Of a stretch of 64,000 nucleotides of DNA, positions 1-9,590 are shown piece after piece. The stretch spans positions 8,059 to 72,058 of the forward strand of contig JAWCSA010000002.1 in the NCBI GenBank assembly GCA_038868975.1. Direction: 5' to 3'. Under the pieces are notes generated by a model. The model was given only the letters and a program-made list of their open reading frames with translations. It did no database searches and was not told the DNA's origin. Within the stretch, counting starts at the first letter, position 1. Every line of letters begins with the position of its first letter. Both the position numbers and the translations under genes were made by a program. The stretch is from Nitrososphaerales archaeon. GTDB lineage: Archaea; Thermoproteota; Nitrososphaeria; Nitrososphaerales; UBA213.

Positions 1-1800
1 CCTTCGGAACCAATGCAAACCTTTATTATTTTTTCGTAACTCTTGCAACACATTTACAGCAAACTTTTCTAGTCCTCTTTTCTTAATATAATCCTCGAAT
101 ATTAGTTTTAATAGTCCTCTAACTGAATCAGAAAGGTCATTATCTGATTTTATATATTCGTCAGTATCTGCATAAACTAAGGTCACGGCGTTGTTAATGT
201 CGGGTAGGGTTCCACTACAGATCCACTCAGTCCATAGTAGACGCATCTGAAATAATAGTTCGTCAACAAATTCTCTTCCGTCGTTAAGCATGCATAATTT
301 CCTCCAATCTCTGTATGTGAAACCTTCGTATCTTTCTGCCAATAGCAAAAATTGTCTACGCAACCAATATACTGTAATTTTATTATGTCTCATCTGGTCC
401 AGAACATCATTTCTAAATCGTTCAAGACCTTTTTTTTGTACATACTCTAGTAGTATCAATGTCGCTATTCTTGATACCTCACTTCTTCGTTTATCAGAAG
501 CCGGTTGACTCTCTGATGAGTAAAAATCAGAGGTGTGATGCAAGTAATACTGAATTAGTTTCCATGAATTCCAATTAATTAATACACCGTTAGCTGAATT
601 TGCAGTCTGGAACAATTCCACATAATCGTCGAAAGTCAATAGATTTTCTTCTACCATTTGAATCATCAGTCTCCGTACACTATTCTGAGCTGTTTTATCG
701 GAGATTATATCTTTCTGAATAGTAGTAAATTGTTTTTTCTCAAGTTTCGCTTCAGCATATTTAGCTATATTATAAGCGGTTTTTAATGATCTAGGTGATA
801 TTTTTCGTACCTCTGTCTGATAAATATAATATAATTTTGGAGATGCCCCCCTTTCCTTTCGAAAAGGATATAATCTGCTATAGTCGTGACCTGTAGATAT
901 AGAATTAAGCAAAGAATATCGTGGATTCCTATCCTTTACAATCATTTTTTCAAGCTCATCTTTCAGACCATTTCTTACAGATTTCCAAAGAAACATTAGG
1001 GCGGAATTCGGTACTTCTTCAATCTTGCAATCTGGAGATGTACCGGAGTTAGTAAATTTCCATACAAATAGTGATGCACCTAGTGGTAAGTCATCACGCA
1101 TATCATGCAAGTAAGCCATTACTCTTCTGATAGCAGCTACCGAACCTTCCTTAGATCCCAATGTCTCCACTACTCCTGCAGAGATTCTTTTCTGAACTTC
1201 ATTGACTATACTTTGTACTAGACCATACCAGAATTGTTGTGATGTAGATTGGAAAACTACGAGACGTCCATCAAGTAACATAGTGCCCAATGGTAGATAA
1301 TGCACAGCAAACAGGCATTTTGCACATATATTCGGGGACCTAGACGCTGATGGAAGTGCCTGTGCGTCACTACCAAGACTACCAGCCAATGGAAACCAAT
1401 CGCGACCAACAGCTCTAAAATTATCTTTTTCACCTAGTGGTACCAGAGTTTTTCTTGCAACCACATCGAGATCAAGACTCCTTTCATTACCACAAGCCTC
1501 GCATCTTTCATGGATAGTTTCATTTCCAATATTGTTAAGAAATGCAGTCGTCATAGCGCTATAAATTTCAATTTTCTTTTTCTTTTGTTTCTTGGATGGG
1601 TGCGTGATCAGAGAATTAATTGTGAAAATCATACTAGTGCTTTTAAAAAGTGAATTCCAATATGCTATTCGTTGCCCATGACCATGAACTTTTACTAAAT
1701 GATCGTATGTAAGTTCATCTATTTTATCCAAGCCCGCTAAGGTGGCTATTACTCCTAGACCAGTATCGACAAACGGGTTTCCAGTAAGTTCGATCTTCAA
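1..1800 (-). CDS. cas8a1: CRISPR-associated large subunit, Cst1/Cas8a1-like (CXXC-CXXC family); 3' end runs off the window
   Basis: Absent from the ORF track because its stop lies left of position 1. My manual minus-strand translation from TTG (1800..1798) stays open to the edge. It reads MKIELTGNPFVDTGLGVIATLAG... and has two CxxC pairs (CEACGNE, CAKCLFAVHY). It lies directly downstream of cas6. Confidence 0.55.
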   Translation of the reverse strand, partial: MKIELTGNPFVDTGLGVIATLAGLDKIDELTYDHLVKVHGHGQRIAYWNSLFKSTSMIFTINSLITHPSKKQKKKKIEIYSAMTTAFLNNIGNETIHERCEACGNERSLDLDVVARKTLVPLGEKDNFRAVGRDWFPLAGSLGSDAQALPSASRSPNICAKCLFAVHYLPLGTMLLDGRLVVFQSTSQQFWYGLVQSIVNEVQKRISAGVVETLGSKEGSVAAIRRVMAYLHDMRDDLPLGASLFVWKFTNSGTSPDCKIEEVPNSALMFLWKSVRNGLKDELEKMIVKDRNPRYSLLNSISTGHDYSRLYPFRKERGASPKLYYIYQTEVRKISPRSLKTAYNIAKYAEAKLEKKQFTTIQKDIISDKTAQNSVRRLMIQMVEENLLTFDDYVELFQTANSANGVLINWNSWKLIQYYLHHTSDFYSSESQPASDKRRSEVSRIATLILLEYVQKKGLERFRNDVLDQMRHNKITVYWLRRQFLLLAERYEGFTYRDWRKLCMLNDGREFVDELLFQMRLLWTEWICSGTLPDINNAVTLVYADTDEYIKSDNDLSDSVRGLLKLIFEDYIKKRGLEKFAVNVLQELRKNNKGLHWFRR

Positions 1801-1806
1801 TAATTA

Positions 1807-1944
1807 ACTTAAGTTTGACGGTATATAAGTCTCTTTTCCGAACAACGTGGCAAGATAACTGACCACCGGTGATACTACATGTGGCCGTTGGGGTTTAAAA
1901 GCACCGCTAGAGGAATTTTGCTTTATATACAGCCAAACTTCAAT
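1807..1944. mobile_element. MITE-like nonautonomous element related to the IS at 9591..10854
   Basis: Left end ACTTAAGTTTGACGGTATATAA matches the IS left IR ACTGAAGTTTAACGGTATATAA at 20/22. The right end (reverse complement ATTGAAGTTTGGCTGTATATAAAGC) matches at 19/25. It is flanked by direct AATTA at 1802..1806 and 1945..1949. Confidence 0.45.
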
Positions 1945-1980
1945 AATTAAAATATTAGGAATGGATCGATTTTATTTTTT

Positions 1981-2826
1981 TCATGTAAAAGGTACGCATC
2001 TTACAACTCCAAACCCTGCTGTTCTATCCGAACCAATATTTGAGTATTCAGCAAGGCTTGCAAGTAAGCTTGTAACTTTACACCAATTATTATCATCCTT
2101 CATTCTGTAGGCAGTCCATCCTACAAAGCCTATCTTCCTTGACTTACCATTTACAGTTAGAGTTCTCAGCTCATGCCCTGAAACTCCAACATTATCTTTA
2201 ACCCATTCTTTATACTCTTTATGCGCTTCCTTCCCGAACTGCTTATAGTTTGACATGCATGAATCCCAGATGCGCATAAGGTTAGGAAATATCATTATAG
2301 GATCTGGAAATAACTTATCGAATTTAGAACCTATTGTTGAGAAGTGTGTTGGCGTCTTGAAATAAAGTCTAAATGTTTCAATACTTGAATTTTCGGAAAT
2401 TAACTTGGCAAAATCCTTTGACTTTATGTTCACAGATGATATGTAGAAGGGAGCATCTAGGATCATCACTTTGTTATTTTCATTAAAATAATCTATAGCA
2501 GTCTTGACTAAAGCATCATTTAGAAATCTAATACCAAAAGAGCAAGGATATGATTTGTCCAGAATATACCCCTCCTTCAACTTTTGAATAGACCTGAAAC
2601 GAAGCGGGGTAACTGAATAAGGTTTTACCACATTGGGCTCATGTAATTTTTGTGAAATTGATGGATCTACCTGCCTTAGCATGTGCAACATCAAACCTCT
2701 TGAAATATAACCAGTAAACGAGGGCAGTAAAACTCCCTTCTCCGCAAACATCTTCAACTCAAGTTCAAATGGCAACTCAATCACTTGTGTAAAAATAGTA
2801 CTTGCTAGTCTTTTAAGCTTTAACAA
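1981..2826 (-). CDS. cas6: Cas6 CRISPR RNA endoribonuclease
   Basis: 281 aa. Central LHEPNVVKPYSVTPL block and a C-terminal glycine-rich loop NIGSDRTAGFGVV, both typical of Cas6. It is followed by the Cst1-like gene. Confidence 0.75.
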   Translation of the reverse strand: MLKLKRLASTIFTQVIELPFELELKMFAEKGVLLPSFTGYISRGLMLHMLRQVDPSISQKLHEPNVVKPYSVTPLRFRSIQKLKEGYILDKSYPCSFGIRFLNDALVKTAIDYFNENNKVMILDAPFYISSVNIKSKDFAKLISENSSIETFRLYFKTPTHFSTIGSKFDKLFPDPIMIFPNLMRIWDSCMSNYKQFGKEAHKEYKEWVKDNVGVSGHELRTLTVNGKSRKIGFVGWTAYRMKDDNNWCKVTSLLASLAEYSNIGSDRTAGFGVVRCVPFT

Positions 2827-2915
2827 GGATTTACTTCTTGTATGAACTAGTTCTAACTAGCAAACCTTACACAATCTTCCAAGCGATTTTACCGTTCATC
2901 TGACAAACTGACTAC

Positions 2916-3449
2916 GTGACTGAAGTTTACATTTCTGTTGATATAGAAGCGTCTGATCCGATTGAGTATAGCATGCTCTCCTTAGGCGCTTGCCTAGTTT
3001 CGAATACGGAAAGAAACTTCTATGTGGAATTGAAACCCATTAACAGTAATTACACAAAAGAAGCACTAGAAGTTTCTGGTCTATCAATGGAACACTTACA
3101 GAAATACGGCAGGTCACCAGAGCTTGCGATGAAGAAGTTTGACGAATGGGCAAGAGCAATCCAAGGAAGGCCTGTTCTTGTGGCATTTAACGCCACTTTT
3201 GACTGGAGCTTTGTGAACTATTATTTCCATAAATATGTTGGAAATAATCCTTTTGGCATAAGTGGTCTAAATATCAAGGCCTACTATATGGGAATGATGT
3301 GCAAATGGGGTGAAACGATGAAAAGGAAGATACATGATTCTTTCAAATCCAAGCGTAAGCATACGCATAACGCCTAGGAAGATGCGATAGAACAAGCTGA
3401 ACTATTCTATAACCTGCTGAAATACAATGAATCTCGAGATGCCATATAG
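2916..3449 (+). pseudogene. DEDDh (DnaQ-like) 3'-5' exonuclease interrupted by an in-frame TAG
   Basis: ExoI VDIEAS, ExoII AFNATFDWSF, ExoIII HNA*EDA. The TAG at 3375..3377 sits inside the H-x4-D motif. The frame continues EDAIEQAELFYNLL... to a stop at 3447..3449. GTG start. Confidence 0.6.
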
Positions 3450-3634
3450 AAATGAAAAGAAATGCACCTGCTTTCCGCAAGGTATAACAGATTCTATATT
3501 CGATGTTATTTATACCTCTGCTCTCTATGAAAGTAAAGCTTATTGATCCCGTCTACTGATATCACTTATGCAGATACATAGCATAAGTGTAGTTGTCTTC
3601 CTAAGGCGCATACTGCACAGAAATTTCTTCAAGG

Positions 3635-5223
3635 GTGGTTCTCTTGGTAAATAGCTCAGAGATTAAAAGAATCTATGGTGAAGAAACCTACAGAAGCGGC
3701 AAGCAGTACTATGACGATGGGCATGTGGTGACTGCGGTTAAGCTGAAGGACGTAGTTGTGGGAGAGATCTTAGGCATCTCAAAATACAACACCGTTGTGA
3801 ATTTAAGCAGAGTCCACAGCACATGCAGCTGCCCAGTGGGAACGAACTGCAAGCATGGTGTAGCACTCACGCTACAGTACTTGAGTGGAGAGTTCATAGA
3901 TGGGGATGAAATAACGCAATCTTTACAACGCATTGACAGATCAGGGATCCTGAATGTCCTAGAGAAGCTGTTTAAGGAAGATCCTTCAATCTTGCTCAAG
4001 ATACGAGGTCTTGTAGCACCATCAGAGAAGAGGAACGGAGCACCCCGTCAGAGGATGGTAATTTCTGTCGAGAAGCAAGTAAGGGGCATGTTAAAGCATT
4101 TGGAAAGGGAATATGGCGATAAGCAATTTGCTGATACACGCTATATTTATTAGAACCAATGAGCCATACATGGACAAGAGTCTCCTCTTGTACGTGTTGG
4201 ATTTCTTCGTAAAGAAGAGTACTAACTACGGAGGCTTCTACGATTACGACTTGAACAATAGTTTTGGTGAGATTGTCTTCGAGAATCTCTGCGACGCACT
4301 TGTCAGAAAATCTCTTAATGAGGAAGATCTTCGCAAGCTTGCCGAGCTCATTAACCACGATGAATTAGATGTAATGGACGCATTTCTTGCGAGGTTGGCG
4401 GAGCCTGATAATGCCAAGATACTGTCAAACCTTTCTGACGATGTAAGGAAACTTCAAGGGGCATGACCCATCGCTATATGTGGAGTTTCTTATAAATGCA
4501 GGGAAGTCTGATGAAGCAAGGAGAATATTAAGGGAAAGTAAGAACCCAGCATTAAACGGAACAGAGCGCTTCGATCTGTACCTAAAGATTAGCACCCCGG
4601 AGGCTATTCAGTTTGCGAGGGAAAGAAAAGATTACTCTAGTCTGATTTCATACTATCATGACGTGGGAGAGCACAGTGAAGTTGTCGATATCTTCAGAAG
4701 CCTAACAAAACAAGAACTGGCAAGTATCAAGAGAAGGAAGCTGCATATGCCCCTTGAAGAAGTCTTCCAGTCTCTTAGAAGAGTAAAGCCGGAAGATCAG
4801 AGACGGCTGATGACGAAACTCTTTGACATCTGCTATAGCGAGGAGGAATACGATCTTTGTGCAGATATAGCAATACTGCTTGATGATGAAGCACTCATGG
4901 TTAGGCTCCTCAATATAAGGGAGGAGTACTTGCTGCACCATGACTCCAGGATAAAGCTCCTTAAACACCTCTCCAAATCACAGCCTAAAAGGTCTATCGA
5001 AGAACTGAGAGAGTTTGCTGAGGCATTAATCAACGAAAAGGAAGATAGTTCCTATGAATTGGCCACCAAATGCATCATAATGCTCAAAGAGTTAATGAGC
5101 GGTGATGATTGGGGTGCCTATCTTAAATCAATATACGGGAGGTATTACCGAAAGATCAACCTATGGAGTAAGCTGAGAAGGAAGGGTATTGGGGTGCAGA
5201 AGCATGAAAGAGCTTTGCAATAA
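3635..5223 (+). pseudogene. SWIM zinc-finger protein split over three reading frames
   Basis: SWIM signature CSCPVGTNCKHGVA in ORF 3635..4153. ORFs 4113..4466 and 4480..5223 continue in the other two frames and lack convincing own starts. The second shift is at the G4 run 4458..4461 (..VRKLQG / HDPSLYVEFLINAG..). Confidence 0.6.
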
Positions 5224-5804
5224 TTAACTGGTTGTTTGCAGAATCGTGTATGCAAGCCATTTTACGTATATGAACTCATCAAGAGAAATACAAACAACCA
5301 GTCAAGCAAATTTGTCATTGAAACATAGGATCATTTGCACTAGTCACATTATCAACAATGCTCCAGTGAATTTAACTGTTGGGGCAGAAAAGTGGAGTTA
5401 AATAGTCAGCATGGATTAGGATAATGCCTCGAAGACTGAGGCACTTGTCAGAAGAATCAAACAAAATCCAGTCATTTTTTGCCTTACGTTTTCAAAAGAT
5501 GTTTGATGAAGGGCGTGGGGTAGCACTGTGGAGCGTCTTCTCTGCCATGAAGGCATTGGTGCGCTACAGGTCTTCCATCCACAGTGACCTGTTATTCCCT
5601 CCGCTCTCACCCACACCCAGAACAAGTTACCAGAAGTGTTTAAAATCTTTAGCGTTCAAGTGGCTGTTGTTCTAGAACCTAATTTTCCAAGCTATTCTTG
5701 TTCTCCGCAGATTCACGTCCATGTTGTAGCAAATTACTCCTAGCATCAACTCTTCCCCTGTATCCCTTCTTCCTTACTGTTAGAATGTTCCTGCAATACT
5801 CCCT

Positions 5805-6185
5805 TCACTGCATTGAATGTGCTTTCGAGTCTCTTATGATAATGGTTGCTGAATTCATCTTCTCCGATACGGGAGCAGCTGTGTCATCATGTTGGAACAC
5901 GCCAGTAGATTTGCGTTCGTAGTAAAGCTGCTGCGCATAATTATAACCACATGGAGCACCTCGTATATCAAGTATCTCACCAATCTCTTCCCTTTCGTCT
6001 CCATCGTAATCAAAACTTATTCCAATGCATCCTTTCTCATGTACGTCAACAATGATTCCATGTATAGTATACGCGCGCACTGGCTTTTTTAATAGGTATG
6101 GTAGTCGTATTATATCAGGCAACTCTCCCATTGTAGCGTCAGGATCGAATGGTAGGTTATTCTTGGATACCATACAAGAAATCAT
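5805..6185 (-). CDS. Hypothetical protein, possibly also frameshifted at its 3' end
   Basis: 126-aa ORF. After its stop, protein-like sequence continues in another frame (..IGEDEFSNHYHKRLESTFNAVKGVLQEH..). No recognisable motif. Confidence 0.3.
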   Translation of the reverse strand: MISCMVSKNNLPFDPDATMGELPDIIRLPYLLKKPVRAYTIHGIIVDVHEKGCIGISFDYDGDEREEIGEILDIRGAPCGYNYAQQLYYERKSTGVFQHDDTAAPVSEKMNSATIIIRDSKAHSMQ

Positions 6186-6222
6186 GTATGACGTGCTAAA
6201 ATAGCTTTCAGAGTATAACCGT

Positions 6223-7102
6223 TCAAGTGCCTATTTTCAGGCAACACTTCTTGTACTTCTTTCCACTTCCACAGGGACAAGGATCGTTTCTACCTATCCT
6301 AGTCCGCCTCTTTGCAGCATTATCCTGCGTGATAGGCTTTAGATCTTGTGCTGACTCTGCTTCATCTTGCGCAAGAAGCGGCAGTTTTTCTACATACTTT
6401 CTAGGTCTGAAGTAATCCATTGGATCCTTTGTGTCACGATAGATATGCAATAGATCATCATATGAACCAGAATATATATCCTTGACTTCAGCAAAAGTGG
6501 TCACCATAGGATGTATCATCTGATTATCAAAGAGGGATTTTATGAACGGAAGAGAATCAATATCCTTCATCTCCGTAAACTCCAAGAGAAGCAAGCTCCT
6601 CGTATGAAGATCTCTCTCATTCGAGATGGCCTGCCTCAGACACGCGACTGCCTTCTTCCGTAGGTCACTATCCATGCTTTTATTAGCTATAACCATAATG
6701 GCTCTTGCGGCTGCATCTCTGGCCCATTCGTCGAGTTCTCTGTCCAAAACCACTCGCGAGAGTCGATCGAATCCCTCTGGCCCAAAAGTGGGCGAGCAGT
6801 GACGGGACATCTTCCGTGAGCCAATTTTCATACTCCTCGGTGTAGTTGTACAGTGTGTATACAAGAGCTTCTAGAGCTTCCATACTCTTTATCATTGAGA
6901 GCAGATGCACAGCAGCTATCGGTGCCCAGCATTCATCTTCGTCTTCGCTCCTTCAGTACTTATCACTCTTAACAATATCAATAAGGTACGGCAATACTTC
7001 TTCCTTCCGATCAAGTATCCGCAGAGCTAGTCTCTCATCAACATCCCTTGCAGTTCTGATGAGCTGATCGATAAGTTACTGTATGGATTCGGCTCCTGCC
7101 AT
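6223..7102 (-). pseudogene. DUF1186-like protein with C-terminal SEC-C metal-binding motif, disrupted
   Basis: C-terminal RNDPCPCGSGKKYKKCC is a SEC-C motif. Manual translation from ATG 7102 meets an in-frame TAA (7076..7078) and a TGA (6953..6955, in DKY*RSEDEDECWAPIAAVHLL). There is also a 1-nt shift in a T run near 6791..6794 (LLAHF / GPEGFDRLS). Confidence 0.6.
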
Positions 7103-7194
7103 CCCTTCTAATAATGTTAATAACGAAGATTTAACATTTGCCCAAGATCACTTTAAGTGGTAGTTCTTGGATTTATAACTTGGGTTTGAAGAAT

Positions 7195-7488
7195 ATGCAA
7201 CGCGAATTAAAGAAGATAGCAGAAGAAGCTACTACTGACTGTTATAATGAATACGAGCAGATAGGCAGCTGGTGTGCTTACCTAGAGGATAAGATACAAC
7301 TTCCATGCGGCTGCAAAGTAGGTCGAAAGGAGGGCTTGCTGATCGGCTTCGATACCAATAAGAGTGGCTCTGCTCTTCTTGCAGTAGTCAAGTTTGATAT
7401 GAATGAATACAAAGTAGCCGCTGAGACAGTAACACTGTTTGACAAAAGAACTTCCAAGTACTTGGAAGCATTCAAAGAGTGGCTTTGA
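7195..7488 (+). CDS. Small CcbP-like (so-called calcium-binding family) protein
   Basis: ATTDCYNEYEQIGSWCAYLEDKIQLPC..V..FD...AVVKF....YKVAAETVTL......YLEAFKEWL resembles my memory of the CcbP-type domain. ATG at 7195 is preferred over the upstream TTG. Confidence 0.4.
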   Translation: MQRELKKIAEEATTDCYNEYEQIGSWCAYLEDKIQLPCGCKVGRKEGLLIGFDTNKSGSALLAVVKFDMNEYKVAAETVTLFDKRTSKYLEAFKEWL

Positions 7489-7747
7489 TTGTGATAGTGA
7501 TAATATGGTCTTCTAGCAAGGTATTACGAATCTCAATAACCCAAGCGTAAGTTGTAACAATTTTTAATCAATTAAACAATATCAATTTACTGGTAAAAAT
7601 CCCGTCAGAATCCCGCATCCCGCATTGACAACAATTCTGCACGCACTTTTTGGAAGAATCTCTCCGAAAGGAAGTCCTCTCGTGAGTTCGGACAAGAAAT
7701 TTAGTGTAAGTTTATATGTTCTTTACGTCACCATAATAGTGACATAA

Positions 7748-8572
7748 ATGATATCAAAACAAATATCGCTAAGTCACGTGGAGCAGACGGTATACTTTCT
7801 TAGCCTAAGGCTTGGCAAGAGAATAGTTAACACTGATTTTATATCTTCCCATTTACACATTTCCAAAAATTATGCTAAAGATCTGCTTTACAGTTTAGCA
7901 AAGAAGGATGCAGCTGTTAAGCTTGCAAAGGGTACATACCTGCTTGTGCATCCAGAGATCTTATACGGCAGGAAAGGCTTCAGTGAAGACCCATTATTAA
8001 TAATCGATGAGTTTATGTCTGAACTGGAAAGAAGTTACTATGTAGCATACATAAGTGCAGCAAATCTGCATGGTATAGCACATCAACTGCCATTCACCCT
8101 TCATGTAGCGGTAACAAAAAGAAGGAGAAACATTAGAGCATCTGGAATATCTATAAGGTTTGTAACTGTGAAAAAGGATAGATTCTTTGGCATCCAAGAT
8201 ATGAAATACTCTGACAGAAAACTGAAGGCATCAGATCTTGAAAAGACCGTACTTGACTGCTTGGAAAGGCCAGAGCTTTGTGGTAGTATTAGCGATGTTG
8301 CAGTGATGATCTACGATTCTGCTGAAAGGATAGAATGGAAGAAATTAGTTGATTATGCAAAGATGTTTAACAATAGAGCACTTCTGCAACGGTTAGGCTG
8401 CATATTGGAAAAACTGATGCGTCAAGGATTGAATGTAGATAAAAAAGTAGTTGCAAGTCTACATAAGCTGTTGGATAAAAAATTCGTTTATCCGCTAGAG
8501 CCTAAGCTACCCAAAAAGGGGAAGTTGAATCGTAACTGGATGATAATTGAAAATGTCAAGATAGTGAAATAA
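7748..8572 (+). CDS. abiEi: AbiEi-like antitoxin / transcriptional regulator (type IV TA)
   Basis: 274 aa with an N-terminal wHTH-like region. It lies 2 bp upstream of a DUF1814 nucleotidyltransferase gene, the classic AbiEi-AbiEii arrangement. Confidence 0.65.
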   Translation: MISKQISLSHVEQTVYFLSLRLGKRIVNTDFISSHLHISKNYAKDLLYSLAKKDAAVKLAKGTYLLVHPEILYGRKGFSEDPLLIIDEFMSELERSYYVAYISAANLHGIAHQLPFTLHVAVTKRRRNIRASGISIRFVTVKKDRFFGIQDMKYSDRKLKASDLEKTVLDCLERPELCGSISDVAVMIYDSAERIEWKKLVDYAKMFNNRALLQRLGCILEKLMRQGLNVDKKVVASLHKLLDKKFVYPLEPKLPKKGKLNRNWMIIENVKIVK

Positions 8573-8574
8573 AG

Positions 8575-9579
8575 ATGCTAGATATCACACAGCGAATGTT
8601 AAGGAACTGGGCCGATGAAGTAGGAATTTCTGACCTATCATTGGTTGAGCAAGATGTTAGAGTTTCCTATGCATTAAAGGAAATCACTGAGAACGATCTT
8701 CTGAGGCCTCTTTTATGCCTAAAAGGTGGTACGGCGATAAACAAGCTTTATCTCAAGGATACCTCAAGGCTTTCAGTCGATCTAGACTTTAATCATTTGG
8801 GAGATAAGGATACGGTTGCAAGGCAAAGACCAGATGTAAGAAAGGAGATCATCAGCGTACTTGCTAGGAGCGATCCAAACTACCAGTTCACAATCACAAG
8901 GAGAGACTGGTATCAAACCACCATACAAGCCGTATACAAACCCTTATTTGGATTGCCTAGCGCAAGGCTGAAGATTGAGGTTTCCCACGTAGAAAGGTTC
9001 CCAATACTCAACACCAAAATAAGACCATTCAAGTTAATTGATTCAGGAGAATCATGCAACGTTAAGACATATTCAATAGACGAACTTGTATCAACAAAAT
9101 TACGAGCCTTATTCACAAGAGCTAGAGGAAGAGATATTTACGATATACATCAGGCAAGTGGGATACATCTGAATAAAAAACTTGTAAGGAAGATGTTCAT
9201 CTACTATCTTTTCAGGGTTGGCAAAGCGTATAATTCAAAACTTGATTATAACAAATTGAAAGAAAGATTAGATAAGAAACAGTATGTCGATGATGTTACC
9301 GGTTATATCAGACAGGGAATCCACTTCTCCTTAGACAGGGCTGCTATGACCCTAGCTAAGAACTTGCAGTTTCTTAACAAGCTAGATGAATTAGATCAGA
9401 ATTTTCTGTTGCTGGCAAGGAAACTGAAAGGGGAGGCGATACCTAAAGTTAGAATTAATGTTATAGGCAACATTAAAAATCCATTAAATTATATTTTTCA
9501 AGACACGGCTATTACGCAGCAAGCTAGAAAGGTAACTGTTGGGGACATAGTTCCTTGGCAACAACGCAAAAGGTTCTAG
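8575..9579 (+). CDS. abiEii: AbiEii/AbiGii-family nucleotidyltransferase toxin (DUF1814)
   Basis: 334 aa. LKGGTAINKLY...RLSVDLDF is the hallmark NTase block of AbiEii. Confidence 0.75.
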   Translation: MLDITQRMLRNWADEVGISDLSLVEQDVRVSYALKEITENDLLRPLLCLKGGTAINKLYLKDTSRLSVDLDFNHLGDKDTVARQRPDVRKEIISVLARSDPNYQFTITRRDWYQTTIQAVYKPLFGLPSARLKIEVSHVERFPILNTKIRPFKLIDSGESCNVKTYSIDELVSTKLRALFTRARGRDIYDIHQASGIHLNKKLVRKMFIYYLFRVGKAYNSKLDYNKLKERLDKKQYVDDVTGYIRQGIHFSLDRAAMTLAKNLQFLNKLDELDQNFLLLARKLKGEAIPKVRINVIGNIKNPLNYIFQDTAITQQARKVTVGDIVPWQQRKRF

Positions 9580-9590
9580 AATGATCTTTT

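Noticed and set aside
2919-2929. An 11-nt exact match (ACTGAAGTTTA) to the start of the IS inverted repeat, at the 5' end of the exonuclease ORF.
   Set aside because: Similarity stops after 11 nt and there is no partner repeat. It could be chance or a very old IR remnant, and is not supportable as an element.
3375-3377. The in-frame TAG in the exonuclease as a pyrrolysine codon or programmed readthrough.
   Set aside because: There are no pyl genes or methylamine methyltransferase context in the window. The neighbouring genes carry TAA and TGA stops and frameshifts as well, so simple pseudogenisation is more parsimonious.
5226-5302. Perfect 12-bp inverted repeat ACTGGTTGTTTG ... CAAACAACCAGT with a 52-nt spacer, just after the SWIM pseudogene stop.
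   Set aside because: It is real in the sequence, but isolated. It has no similarity to the IS/MITE ends and no T-tract, so I cannot assign it as a terminator, MITE or ncRNA.
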